From: an uncultured Bacillota bacterium
GTDB lineage: Bacteria > Bacillota > Clostridia > Oscillospirales > Oscillospiraceae
Direction of reading: 5' to 3'
DNA length: 64,000 bases
Assembly: GCA_947172355.1 (NCBI GenBank)
Contig: CAMWBA010000001.1
Coordinates: 3,196 to 67,195 of the forward strand
Shown: piece by piece, positions 29,840 to 39,074 of the stretch
How the letters are laid out: the number at the start of each line of letters is the position of its first letter
Position numbering within the stretch: the stretch's first letter is position 1
Notes under the pieces: generated by a model
What the model was told of the DNA's origin: nothing
What the model saw: only the letters and a program-made list of their open reading frames with translations
The model's database searches: none
Translations under genes and position numbers: made by a program

Positions 29840-30367
29840 TCAATTTTTATCCGTTGCCGCATCATAGACGGGTCTGGCATTGGGGGCAGCGGGCTTTTGG
29901 GAGGAGGCAGCTGCGGCTGCGGCCCGGAAACGGGCTCGGGACTGCTTGATTTCATTATACGCCTCTGACACAGCCTCCTCGGTACGGCGCAGGGCGTCTT
30001 CGCAGTACTCGTTGGCGGAGCGCTTCAGCTCTCGGCTGCGCTCCTCGGCCTGGCGCATCAGCTCGTTGGCCCGCTGCCGGGCCTGGAGTGCTACTGTATC
30101 GGACGCCAACATCTGTTTGGCTTGGTCCTGGGCCGTCCGGACAATGGAATCCGCCTTGCGCTTGGCCTCCTGCTCCATCTCCGCCCGGCGGGCCATCATC
30201 TTGCGGGCCTCGGTCAGCTCCATCGGGAACTGGCTGCGGATATCGTCAATTAAGTCCAAGGCCCGGTCCCGCTCGATGATGCACTTGTCATTGGCAAAGG
30301 GGGCGTTCTTCGCCTCGTCGATCATCTCAAAGAGCATGTCCAAAAGTTCTTCTACTCCGCTTGCCAT
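29840..30367 (-). CDS. conserved coiled-coil protein downstream of coaD
   Basis: EELLDML.EMIDEAK..PF...CII.R pattern; helical; operonic with coaD. Confidence 0.7.
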   Translation of the reverse strand: MASGVEELLDMLFEMIDEAKNAPFANDKCIIERDRALDLIDDIRSQFPMELTEARKMMARRAEMEQEAKRKADSIVRTAQDQAKQMLASDTVALQARQRANELMRQAEERSRELKRSANEYCEDALRRTEEAVSEAYNEIKQSRARFRAAAAAASSQKPAAPNARPVYDAATDKN

Positions 30368-30370
30368 CGG

Positions 30371-30868
30371 TCAGCCTTCCTTTCCTTCCATTTCTCGCAT
30401 GCGCCGGTTCACATCATCTACGATTTCCCTGGGCACAAAGTCCGCCAGATTGGCTCCATATCTGGCCATCTCCTTGACAATGGTGGAACTGAGATAGGTG
30501 TATTTTTCGCTGGAGGCCAAAAACATAGTCTCCAGTTTTGGGTTCAGCTTGCGGTTAATCACCGCCATCTGGACCTCCTGCTCGAAATCAGATACCGCCC
30601 GCAGGCCTTTGACCACCACATGAGCCCGCCGCCGCTTGGCATACGCCGCCAGCAGTTCGTCGGAGAAGTCCACCTCCACATTGTGGAAGCGCTCAGTGGA
30701 CCGCCGCAGCAGCTCCACCCGCTCCTCCGGCGTGAACATCCCTGTCTTTTTGGAATTGACCATGACGCACACAATCATCTTATCAAAACAGGCGGCCGCC
30801 CGCTTGATAATGTTCAAATGCCCCAGGGTCACCGGGTCAAAACTGCCCGGATAAATGGCCACACTCAT
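30371..30868 (-). CDS. coaD: phosphopantetheine adenylyltransferase
   Basis: YPGSFDPVTLGH, KGLRAVSDF, LSSTIVKE. Confidence 0.97.
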   Translation of the reverse strand: MSVAIYPGSFDPVTLGHLNIIKRAAACFDKMIVCVMVNSKKTGMFTPEERVELLRRSTERFHNVEVDFSDELLAAYAKRRRAHVVVKGLRAVSDFEQEVQMAVINRKLNPKLETMFLASSEKYTYLSSTIVKEMARYGANLADFVPREIVDDVNRRMREMEGKEG

Positions 30869-31428
30869 CCAATCACACTCCCGGTCCGGCGGCAGACAGT
30901 CAGCTTGATCTGCCCGTACCGGTACTCACGCCCCGCTTCATAGGGGGACTCCAGCGGGGGAAGGGTCCACTCCGCCCTGCTTTCGCACACTATTATACCA
31001 TGTTCCCGCAAAATGTCAAACCTTGTAATCTTCTCTATACAGTTTTCCAACAAATTTGTATGGTAAGGCGGATCTAAAAATATAATGTCAAACCGCTCTC
31101 CCCGAACACAGGAGGTCAGAAAGGCCTGGGCCTCCCCCTGTACCACCCGCGCCCGATCCTCAAAGCGACATAGCTTCACATTCTCCTGTACCAAGGCAGC
31201 AGCCTCCCGGCGGCGGTCCACAAAGGTACTGTGCTCCGCTCCTCGGGACAGGGCCTCCAGCCCAAGCTGGCCAGTGCCGGCAAAGAGGTCCAGTACCCGC
31301 CGGCCCTCCAGTTCAAACTGGATAATATTGAACAGGGCTTCCTTCACTTTGTCGGTGGTGGGCCGGGTATCCGTCCCCTGGAGGTCCTTTAGCTTTCGGC
31401 CCCTGGCTATGCCTGAAATAATACGCAT
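30865..31428 (-). CDS. rsmD: 16S rRNA m2G966 methyltransferase
   Basis: MRIISG..RG, TRPTTDKVKEALFN, LDLFAGTG, FLDPPY. Confidence 0.96.
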   Translation of the reverse strand: MRIISGIARGRKLKDLQGTDTRPTTDKVKEALFNIIQFELEGRRVLDLFAGTGQLGLEALSRGAEHSTFVDRRREAAALVQENVKLCRFEDRARVVQGEAQAFLTSCVRGERFDIIFLDPPYHTNLLENCIEKITRFDILREHGIIVCESRAEWTLPPLESPYEAGREYRYGQIKLTVCRRTGSVIG

Positions 31429-31525
31429 GATGCTCTTCCTTTCCTGCGGAATGTTAAAAACCTGTATTTACAACCGTTAACCGCTGATTGGACGGTCTTT
31501 TTCCCGCCATACGGCATCAACTCCC

Positions 31526-31563
31526 CTTGCAATCCGGACGGATTGCGGCGGAAAATTCCATTG
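31526..31563 (-). repeat. dispersed palindromic repeat, copy 2
   Basis: reverse complement is 30/38 identical to 3157-3194. Confidence 0.55.
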
Positions 31564-31617
31564 TTTGGCGAGAGAAATCCTCACCCATCCCACATCCCCC
31601 CGTTACGAATGCAGGTC

Positions 31618-32046
31618 TTAAAACCACGCAGCTCCTCCGCCTTGAAACCGGGGAATCGGGCCACCTTCATATGGGTCATAGCGGTTCTCATTGCAGCCAA
31701 ATTCCTTAAGAAAACAAATTTTTCCTTCTGGGTCCCACTGGACCAAAGACATCCCGTCAAATGCCTCTACCGTTCCATTGTTCATGGTATTTTTAAAATA
31801 CCATTCCACTACAGTCTGGCCCTCCTTGTGGAAAAACTGTTTGATGTCCCATTGGAGCACCCTGCCCCGGGTGTTCCACTCCTCAAACCAATACTTGATT
31901 TGCTCGACCCCGCGGTATTCCGGCCCCCAGCTCTCAATATAGATGGCATCTGAGGAAAAAATATCCACAATGCCGAGATCGGCCCTTTGAAGCCACATTT
32001 CAAACCAGAGTCGGAGCATTCGTTCCTGTTCTTCCACCGTCCTCAC
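31618..32046 (-). CDS. SnoaL/NTF2-like protein
   Basis: IFSSDAIYIESWGPEYRG..I..WF, VVEW.F, FDGMSLV...GKI..LKEF. Confidence 0.75.
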   Translation of the reverse strand: MRTVEEQERMLRLWFEMWLQRADLGIVDIFSSDAIYIESWGPEYRGVEQIKYWFEEWNTRGRVLQWDIKQFFHKEGQTVVEWYFKNTMNNGTVEAFDGMSLVQWDPEGKICFLKEFGCNENRYDPYEGGPIPRFQGGGAAWF

Positions 32047-32067
32047 CTCACATCCAAATAACTGTCC

Positions 32068-32253
32068 CTTTTACCTTTCGTGTTGATGGAACTGGGACAC
32101 TGACAATTTCACGAATCTCAGCTTGAAGCAAACGATTGTTGCACTATTCTAACTTTCAGTTGATCTGGAAATTGCTCATAATAAATAACTGCCCATTCAG
32201 TCATTTTGGAAAAAAGAAAAGTTTATGACCTTTATCAACACGAAGGGTAAAAG
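32068..32253. mobile_element. 186-bp AT-rich element bounded by 20-bp inverted repeats (MITE-like or invertible)
   Basis: cttttacctttcgtgttgat (32068-32087) and atcaacacgaagggtaaaag (32234-32253), 19/20 complementary; no ORF inside. Confidence 0.65.
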
Positions 32254-32347
32254 AGCAAAACAACTCGCTAAAATCTACCATTTTAACTGTTCCCCGGTTT
32301 CTTTGCCCTGCCGGCGGGAAACCGGTCCAAGCGTTTCATCGGCCGTC

Positions 32348-34168
32348 TTATTCCTCTTTGTGAAAATAGTCGAACACCGCCTGGGCGGTATTTTTCGGGA
32401 CAACCTCCTGTAGTTGCTCCAAGGAGGCTCCCTTGATCGCCTTAACGGTTTTAAAGTGCTTCAGCATCTGCTGCCGGCGCTTCTCCCCCACTCCAGGTAT
32501 TTTATCCAGAACGGAAGTTTTTACGTGTCCCGTCTGGAGTTGGCGATGGTATTCGATGGCGAAGCGGTGGGTCTCCTCCTGGATCTGTCCGATCAAGGCA
32601 AACACCGCTGGGATGGACTGGATGCCAATTTCCCGTCCGTCGGGGTGGACCAGAGCCCGCGTGCGGTGGCGGTCGTCCTTCACCATGCCGTAGGCAGGAA
32701 TATCCAAATTCATGCTCTCCAGCACCCGGGCTGCCACCTTCACATGCTCCTGCCCGCCGTCGATAAGGAGCAGATCAGGCTTGTCCGAAAATTTCTCATC
32801 CCCATCCAGATACCGGCGGAACCGCCGGGTGAGCACCTGTTCCATAGAGGCGTAGTCGTCGGGGCCCTCCATGTTTTTCAGCTTGAAGCGGCGGTAGTCC
32901 CGCTTTAGGGGCTTGCCGTCCACATAGACTACCATAGAGGCCACAATATCGCTGGCCCCGGTGTTGGAGATGTCAAAGGACTCCATACGTTTTGGGGGAC
33001 TGTCCAGACTGAGCATCTTCCCCAGGGCCTCCAGCAGCTTATTGCGCCGCTCTTCGTGGGTGGTGGCCCGTTCCACCTCCTCCTGGGCATTCTGATTGGC
33101 CAGCTTAATCAGGTCCATTTTGGCTCCTCGCTGGGGAGTGACCAGCTCCACCCGACCGCCCACCTGTTCCGACAGCATCCGCATCAAGGGCACTTGGTCG
33201 GGCAGCTCGCAGGGAACTAAAATTTGCTTGGGAAGACGGGTGCGGCCCACATAGTACTCCCGCAGCAGGGAGGACAGCACCGCCCCCTCCTCCTCTTCCA
33301 TGGGGGTCTCCAGCAGGTCGAAGTCCTTGGCGGCCAGCTCGCCCTCCACATAGTGGAGAACTACAAAGCAGCTTTTCGCCGCCCCTCGAAAGAATCCGGT
33401 AACATCGGTGTCTGCCAGCGAGGCGGCGATCACCTTCTGCCGCTTGCCTAACAGCTCGATGGCCCGGAGCCGGTCTCGGAGTTGGGCAGCCTGCTCGAAG
33501 CGCAGCTCCTCCGCTGCCCGCTCCATCTCCTGGGTTAAGTCCTTCTGCACGTCCTTGAATCGGCCCTCCAGCAAGGAGACCGCCTGGACAATGGCCTGGT
33601 CGTGTTGCTCTTTCCACTCGTCACCCCGACAGTAGCCGTCGCACTTGCCCATGTGGAAATTGAGACAGGGCCGCTCTTTTCCAATGTCCCGCGGAAACTT
33701 CTTTCCGCAGGAGGGCAGACGCAGGGCAGACCGCAGGGCGTCGAGGATGCCTTGGGTGCTGTGTCGGCTGGCATAGGGGCCAAAGTACCGGGCGCCGTCC
33801 TCCGCCGCCTTCGCGGCCAGAGTGAACCTGGGGTATGCCTCGTTGGACAGGCGGATATAGGGATAGCCCTTGCTGTCTTTCAGCAAAATGTTGTATCGGG
33901 GCTGGTGGCGCTTGATCAGGGAACACTCCAGCACCAAGGCCTCAAACTCACTGTCGGCAATAATGACGTCAAAGTGGTCGATTTGCGACACCATGGTTCG
34001 GGTTTTCTCTGTGTGGGAGGCGGAGTCCTGAAAATATTGACTTACTCGGTTTTTCAGTGCCTTTGCCTTGCCCACATAGATGACGGTGCTCTGGGCGTCC
34101 TGCATAATATAGACCCCTGGCTTCAGCGGCAGGCTGTGGGCCTTCTCTTTCAATTCGTCAAAGGTCAT
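32348..34168 (-). CDS. uvrC: excinuclease ABC subunit C
   Basis: PGVY...IYVGKAK.LKNRV.QYF GIY-YIG, ESFDISN, LIDGG, THRFAI, C-terminal HhH. Confidence 0.97.
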   Translation of the reverse strand: MTFDELKEKAHSLPLKPGVYIMQDAQSTVIYVGKAKALKNRVSQYFQDSASHTEKTRTMVSQIDHFDVIIADSEFEALVLECSLIKRHQPRYNILLKDSKGYPYIRLSNEAYPRFTLAAKAAEDGARYFGPYASRHSTQGILDALRSALRLPSCGKKFPRDIGKERPCLNFHMGKCDGYCRGDEWKEQHDQAIVQAVSLLEGRFKDVQKDLTQEMERAAEELRFEQAAQLRDRLRAIELLGKRQKVIAASLADTDVTGFFRGAAKSCFVVLHYVEGELAAKDFDLLETPMEEEEGAVLSSLLREYYVGRTRLPKQILVPCELPDQVPLMRMLSEQVGGRVELVTPQRGAKMDLIKLANQNAQEEVERATTHEERRNKLLEALGKMLSLDSPPKRMESFDISNTGASDIVASMVVYVDGKPLKRDYRRFKLKNMEGPDDYASMEQVLTRRFRRYLDGDEKFSDKPDLLLIDGGQEHVKVAARVLESMNLDIPAYGMVKDDRHRTRALVHPDGREIGIQSIPAVFALIGQIQEETHRFAIEYHRQLQTGHVKTSVLDKIPGVGEKRRQQMLKHFKTVKAIKGASLEQLQEVVPKNTAQAVFDYFHKEE

Positions 34169-34199
34169 GGCCCTCTCTCCTTTCCTGGGAAACATCAAA

Positions 34200-34224
34200 A
34201 AAGGCGCCGCGATGCGGCGCCTTT
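34200..34224 (-). terminator. terminator downstream of ptsH
   Basis: aaaggcgccgc-gat-gcggcgccttt. Confidence 0.65.
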
Positions 34225-34237
34225 CATGATTGGGGGT

Positions 34238-34501
34238 TTACTCAGAGAAATCGGAAGAGATCATCTTGTACAGCGCCTCAACCGCTTCCTTCTCATCGGG
34301 ACCGTCGGCGATCAGCTTGATGGGGGTGCCCTTTACAATGCCCAAAGACAGAACGCCCAGTAAGCTCTTCGCGTTGACCTTGCGTTCCTCCTTCTCCACC
34401 CAGATGGAACTCTTGAACTCATTTGCCTTCTGGATGAAAAAGGTGGCAGGTCTGGCGTGCAGACCAACCTGGTTGTTCACGACAGCTTCCTGACTATACA
34501 T
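34238..34501 (-). CDS. ptsH: phosphocarrier protein HPr
   Basis: GLHARPAT (His15) and NAKSLLG (Ser46). Confidence 0.95.
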   Translation of the reverse strand: MYSQEAVVNNQVGLHARPATFFIQKANEFKSSIWVEKEERKVNAKSLLGVLSLGIVKGTPIKLIADGPDEKEAVEALYKMISSDFSE

Positions 34502-34850
34502 ATCGCGTACCTCCGCCCTATTTTTAGGATGTGCGTTAAGCATACCAGATTTATCCCAGTTTCGTCAATGGATATTTGCACAAATATTACCGCAATTATT
34601 ACCGAAATTTACGGCTGATATTTTGGATTTTACGCCGCTTTTTCCATTTTGCTTCGGGAATCCAAATTTTTTTAAGATTTTCCCCCTGTTTTCTTACAAA
34701 ATACGCCTTTGACACCGCCAGAGCCTCTTCGTCACTTTTCCATCAAAATTGTCCCTTTGTCCTGTATTCCCCGTCAAAATCCATCGTTCCGCTTCCCTTT
34801 TTTCCTGCTGTATGGGAAAATCAGAGAGGACAAAAAATTGCTTGCCATTT

Positions 34851-34877
34851 TGTGACTTTTCTCTGCCCAAAATCGTT
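34851..34877 (+). promoter_or_regulatory. ECF-sigma-type autoregulatory promoter
   Basis: TGTGAC-N17-CGTT directly upstream of the ECF sigma gene. Confidence 0.55.
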
Positions 34878-34901
34878 TTACCGGTGAAAGGAGGTCGGAC
34901 A

Positions 34902-35378
34902 ATGAATCAAACGGTTTACGAACATCGCCTGGAGGAAGATTACAACGCTTACAGCCCGGCGGTCTACCGCCTGGCCATGGTGTATCTGGGCCGGTATGCC
35001 GATGCAGAAGATATAACCCAGGAAGTCTTTCTCCGTCTGCTCTGCCGTGCCCCCACCTTTGCGGATGAGAACCACCGGCGGCGCTGGCTCCTCCAGGTGA
35101 CGGCCAATCTGTGCCGGGACCAGCTGCGGGGGTTTTGGCGAAAGCGGGTAACGGAACTGGAGGACACCATTCCTGCCGCCGCCCCGGAGGAGCAGGAGGC
35201 TCTGGCCTCGGTGATGTCTCTGCCGGAACAATACAGGCTCCCCATTCACCTCCACTACTATGAGGGGTACTCCGTGGCAGAGATTGCCGAGATTTTGAAG
35301 CTGGGACCGTCGGCGGTAAAGATGCGGCTGAAACGGGGACGTGAGCTGCTGAAATTGGAATTGGAGGGATCCCATTGA
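34902..35378 (+). CDS. ECF RNA polymerase sigma factor
   Basis: DAEDITQEVF, WL..V..N.C.D region 2; LPEQYR...HYYEGYSVAEIAEIL...VKMRLKRGR region 4. Confidence 0.92.
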   Translation: MNQTVYEHRLEEDYNAYSPAVYRLAMVYLGRYADAEDITQEVFLRLLCRAPTFADENHRRRWLLQVTANLCRDQLRGFWRKRVTELEDTIPAAAPEEQEALASVMSLPEQYRLPIHLHYYEGYSVAEIAEILKLGPSAVKMRLKRGRELLKLELEGSH

Positions 35379-36802
35379 ATATAAACGACTATCGCAGGGG
35401 AATGGATAAAATTCTTCCTGACCCGAAGCTGAAGGAGCGTATTATGAAGCAAACAAATGAAAAAAAGAAGTATATTCCGGTCCGCCGGGTGGTGAACGGA
35501 CTGTTGGCGGCGGCACTGGCCGCTGCCTGCCTGTTCACGGCAGCCCTGGCGGCCAGTCCGGACCTTCGCACCGCTATGCTGTCCTTCTTCCATATGGAGG
35601 AGCGGGAACAGGTGCCCAGCAGCAGCGTCACAGCGAAGGATCCTGACATCAGCCAAACGGAAATCGGAGCGCTGGTCAAGGCCCAATACGTCAAAATGGA
35701 CCGCTACTACGGCCACTCCGGCAGCTTATTCTATGACCTGACTTGGAGCGGCGACAACAGGACTCTTTTGGATTCCAAGTTCTGGGAAGTCAAAGAGAAT
35801 GAACTGGTCCCCATTGAAGTGGAATTGAACACCAACACGGTTGCGATCTCCTATGACGGTATCCGCTACCAGGGCGAGCTCTATTGGTTCGTCCGGGACA
35901 GCCAGCTGTTTGTTACCAAGGGCAACCCTCTTGGCATTGAGATGATGCCGGAGGATGAGTGGTATATCCAGCCGATCTCCGGCCGGACTGACGTGGTAAT
36001 CTTGAATCTGGCTCAGGGGCGGCAGATGGAGTACACCGAATATCCGGTTCTCTATCATCTGGACACCGGCGAAATGGAGGACATTCTGTCGGAGACCGGG
36101 GCATCGGAGCTGGAACACGCTTATTCATACCTCTGGTCAGAGGATATGCGCCGGGTGCTGATCTCCTGTGGGGAGGGGCCGAACGGACAGCAGGAATGGC
36201 TGTGTGACCTGGAGGCCAAGACACTCACCTCACTGGATGAGGTGACTGGACTGGATGGGGAGGTTACCGCCAATTTTATGGACAGCGAAACGCTGATTCT
36301 CACCGAGTACACCAAAGACGCAGAAGGTCTCTATCAGAGTGTGACCTGCTACTCCTTCCATCTCATTTCTAAACAGTTGGTTAAAACTCTAAACAATGCC
36401 CCCTACTACCGCTGGTTTGATGAGGAGCCCTATGGCGCTATGCTGTTTGGTTCCCGCTGTGTCCTGATCGGCCTGGACGGACAGGTTCAGGTGATCGACC
36501 TCAGCTCCGGGGAGAGGACCGCTGTGGAGGGCTTCTCCTTTCAACACGGAGACGACTTTATGATCAGTCCTTCCCAGGACAAATTGCTGTATTACCACGC
36601 CGCTCCCCAAGATATCGCCAGCCTTGGCGTGGCCCAACTGGGTGTGATTGATCTGAAGTTGGGCACTTTCATCGCGTTCGACCGGGAGGGTTTTGAACAT
36701 CTCCAGGAAGAGGGCATCGGCTGGGAGGATGACAACACGGTGAGCATCAACGCCCACACGCCGGACTATGAGACTCAGTATCTGCTTATGTATCAGTTTT
36801 AA
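35375..36802 (+). CDS. putative anti-sigma factor with large extracellular domain
   Basis: 4-nt overlap with the sigma gene; short cytoplasmic N-terminus, one TM segment, acidic beta-rich C-terminus. Confidence 0.7.
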   Translation: MNINDYRRGMDKILPDPKLKERIMKQTNEKKKYIPVRRVVNGLLAAALAAACLFTAALAASPDLRTAMLSFFHMEEREQVPSSSVTAKDPDISQTEIGALVKAQYVKMDRYYGHSGSLFYDLTWSGDNRTLLDSKFWEVKENELVPIEVELNTNTVAISYDGIRYQGELYWFVRDSQLFVTKGNPLGIEMMPEDEWYIQPISGRTDVVILNLAQGRQMEYTEYPVLYHLDTGEMEDILSETGASELEHAYSYLWSEDMRRVLISCGEGPNGQQEWLCDLEAKTLTSLDEVTGLDGEVTANFMDSETLILTEYTKDAEGLYQSVTCYSFHLISKQLVKTLNNAPYYRWFDEEPYGAMLFGSRCVLIGLDGQVQVIDLSSGERTAVEGFSFQHGDDFMISPSQDKLLYYHAAPQDIASLGVAQLGVIDLKLGTFIAFDREGFEHLQEEGIGWEDDNTVSINAHTPDYETQYLLMYQF

Positions 36803-36943
36803 GAATAAACCTCGCCGCCGAAGAAGAACAAATTCTGCGGCGGCGAGGTTGTATTTTCCTGGCGTACATGCCGTCGGAAAAATGATTGTAATCTATTCGC
36901 GCCTGTGGGCACAAGCCCCTGCGGAGAGTTTTTGAATGAGCTG

Positions 36944-36971
36944 AACGCCCTCCGGCAAGCCGGAGGGCGTT
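36944..36971. terminator. hairpin downstream of rpmF
   Basis: aacgccctccggc-aa-gccggagggcgtt. Confidence 0.65.
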
Positions 36972-36983
36972 TTCCAAATTCTG

Positions 36984-37172
36984 TTACTGCTGGGCCTCAA
37001 CCTGGCCGAAGGAACGGCCGTTATAGGTCAGGCAATTCTTGCACATACGGTGAGGCAGCCGGTAAGCCCCGCACTTGGGGCAAGTCACGATACCGGGAGT
37101 TTCCAGCTTCCAGTGGGAGCTGCGCCGCTTATCGCGCCGGGCCTTGGATACTTTTCCCTTGGGGACCGCCAT
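36984..37172 (-). CDS. rpmF: 50S ribosomal protein L32
   Basis: [17 protein letters not shown]...CPKC...PHRMCKNC. Confidence 0.97.
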   Translation of the reverse strand: MAVPKGKVSKARRDKRRSSHWKLETPGIVTCPKCGAYRLPHRMCKNCLTYNGRSFGQVEAQQ

Positions 37173-37217
37173 GGGTGACACCTCCTTCGGCTGTGCCGGT
37201 CAGGGCACTTTGCGTTC

Positions 37218-37721
37218 TCACTCAGCATCCTTATCCAACAGCTGCGCAAGGGCCGCCAGTCTTGGATCGACATCAGGTCTGCACCCGCAGGGGCTGAGAT
37301 TTAGGTCAGCTCCGCACTTGGCGCACAGCCCCTTGCAGTCGTCTGAGCAAAGGTTTTTGGTATCCATCGCGAGAATGAAAGCTGTACTGACCGCTTCGTC
37401 CAGGTCCAGCTCCGCGCCGTCCAGAAGAAGGATGTCGTCGTTCTCCTCATCCTCCAGTTCCTGGGCCACCAGGCTGTCCAGCACAACCGCCTTTTCCCGG
37501 GAAAATTCCTTCCCGCAGCGGTCGCAGGCCAGCTCCAGCACAGAACGGGCTGTCCCTTCCAGCACCAGGGCACCTGCGTGATTGGTCACGCTGCCCTCAA
37601 CCTCGACAGGATGGGCAATGGGCTTCCTCCCATAGAACTCCTGGCCGGACAGATCCAGCTGAAAGTGAAACGCCTTGCTTGCGTCCGGGATATGGATGAT
37701 ATCGCGCAGGTCCAGACGCAT
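37218..37721 (-). CDS. YceD/DUF177 family protein
   Basis: CDRC, LCSDDCKGLCAKCG, DPRLAAL; upstream of rpmF. Confidence 0.92.
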   Translation of the reverse strand: MRLDLRDIIHIPDASKAFHFQLDLSGQEFYGRKPIAHPVEVEGSVTNHAGALVLEGTARSVLELACDRCGKEFSREKAVVLDSLVAQELEDEENDDILLLDGAELDLDEAVSTAFILAMDTKNLCSDDCKGLCAKCGADLNLSPCGCRPDVDPRLAALAQLLDKDAE

Positions 37722-37958
37722 GACGTCCCTCCCCGGGGGAGCGCTCCCCCATACTCGCAGAATGGTACGCAGGATATTATAAAGAACTTTCTTCAAAATG
37801 TCAAATACTTTTCATAAATTTCTCCACGAATTTTATTGACACCGGGGGCGGAATATGGTGAAATATCCCTTGCCCACTCTTTTCTTCCCCTCCTTCGCCC
37901 ATCAGGGCATGGAAAAATCTTTTCTGTCTTCCCGTAAAGCGTGGAAAAGGGAGGTCCT

Positions 37959-38918
37959 ATGAAAGAATTTATCATCGGTAAACATGATGCCGGGCAGCGG
38001 CTGGACCGCTGGCTGGCTAAAACGCTGCCTTTGCTCCCCGCGCCGCTGGCCCAAAAGTACATCCGGCTCAAACGGGTGAAGGTGAACGGTAAAGGGAGCA
38101 AGCGGGATGTGCGCCTAAATGTGGGGGATGTGCTTCAGCTGTACATCAACGACGAGTTTTTTCACAAGCCCACCCCGGAAAACGCCTTTTTGTCCCTTTA
38201 CCAGCCCAAACTGGATATTCTCTATGAAGATGAACACATCCTGCTGGTGGACAAACGCCCCGGTCTAGTGGTTCACCCCGACGAGAATGAGCGGGTAAAC
38301 ACCCTCCTCACTCACATCCAAGCATACCTATATCAGAAAAAAGAGTGGTCCCCCTATCGGGAGGAGTCCTTCCCCCCCGCTCTGTGCAACCGCATCGACC
38401 GAAACACCGGGGGCATCGTCATCGCCGCCAAGACCGCCGAGGGCTTGCGGGTGATGAACCAGAAGATTAAGGACCGGGAGCTGACCAAGCTCTATCTGTG
38501 CGTAATTCAAGGCCGGATGTCCCCGCCGGAGGGAAAATTAGAGGGATATATCGTTAAGGACGAGGTAAAAAAACAGGTCTACGTCCGGAAAAAACCGGAA
38601 CCGGGGGCCAAGACCGCCGTCACTTCCTATCAAACCTTAGCGGTGAAAAACGGCCTGTCCCTGGTGGAATGCGACTTGATTACTGGTCGAACCCACCAGA
38701 TTCGGGCCCAGTTCGCCGCTGCCGGCCATCCCCTCATCGGGGATGGCAAGTACGGCAAAGAGCGGGAAAACCGCAGATACGGCCGTCACGGACAGGCTCT
38801 GTATTCCTACAAGCTTACCTTCCGCTTTACCACCCCTGCCGGTCCTCTGGAGCACCTCAACGGAAAGACTTTCCAGGTGAAAGAGGTGGACTTTGTGAAG
38901 GAGTATTTTCCGGACTGA
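37959..38918 (+). CDS. RluA/RluC-family pseudouridine synthase
   Basis: S4 domain GQRLDR, NRIDRNTGG, TGRTHQIR, GHPLIGDGKY. Confidence 0.9.
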   Translation: MKEFIIGKHDAGQRLDRWLAKTLPLLPAPLAQKYIRLKRVKVNGKGSKRDVRLNVGDVLQLYINDEFFHKPTPENAFLSLYQPKLDILYEDEHILLVDKRPGLVVHPDENERVNTLLTHIQAYLYQKKEWSPYREESFPPALCNRIDRNTGGIVIAAKTAEGLRVMNQKIKDRELTKLYLCVIQGRMSPPEGKLEGYIVKDEVKKQVYVRKKPEPGAKTAVTSYQTLAVKNGLSLVECDLITGRTHQIRAQFAAAGHPLIGDGKYGKERENRRYGRHGQALYSYKLTFRFTTPAGPLEHLNGKTFQVKEVDFVKEYFPD

Positions 38919-39074
38919 GACTGAATATGGTTGGGAGATAAGTTGAATGGACCACGGCTGCTTGTACAAACAAACGTCATTCCCCTTCCAAGCGGTATAA
39001 AAAGCCTTGCGTATTCGCCCCGCTTTGTGGTAGAATATGGGGGAAGTTGTACTATTTTGCAGGAGGAAACGCCA

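Noticed and set aside
36850-36940. Further repeat-like intergenic sequence between the anti-sigma gene and rpmF
   Set aside because: Only short partial matches (cccctgcgg) to the other repeats; cannot be supported without a genome-wide search
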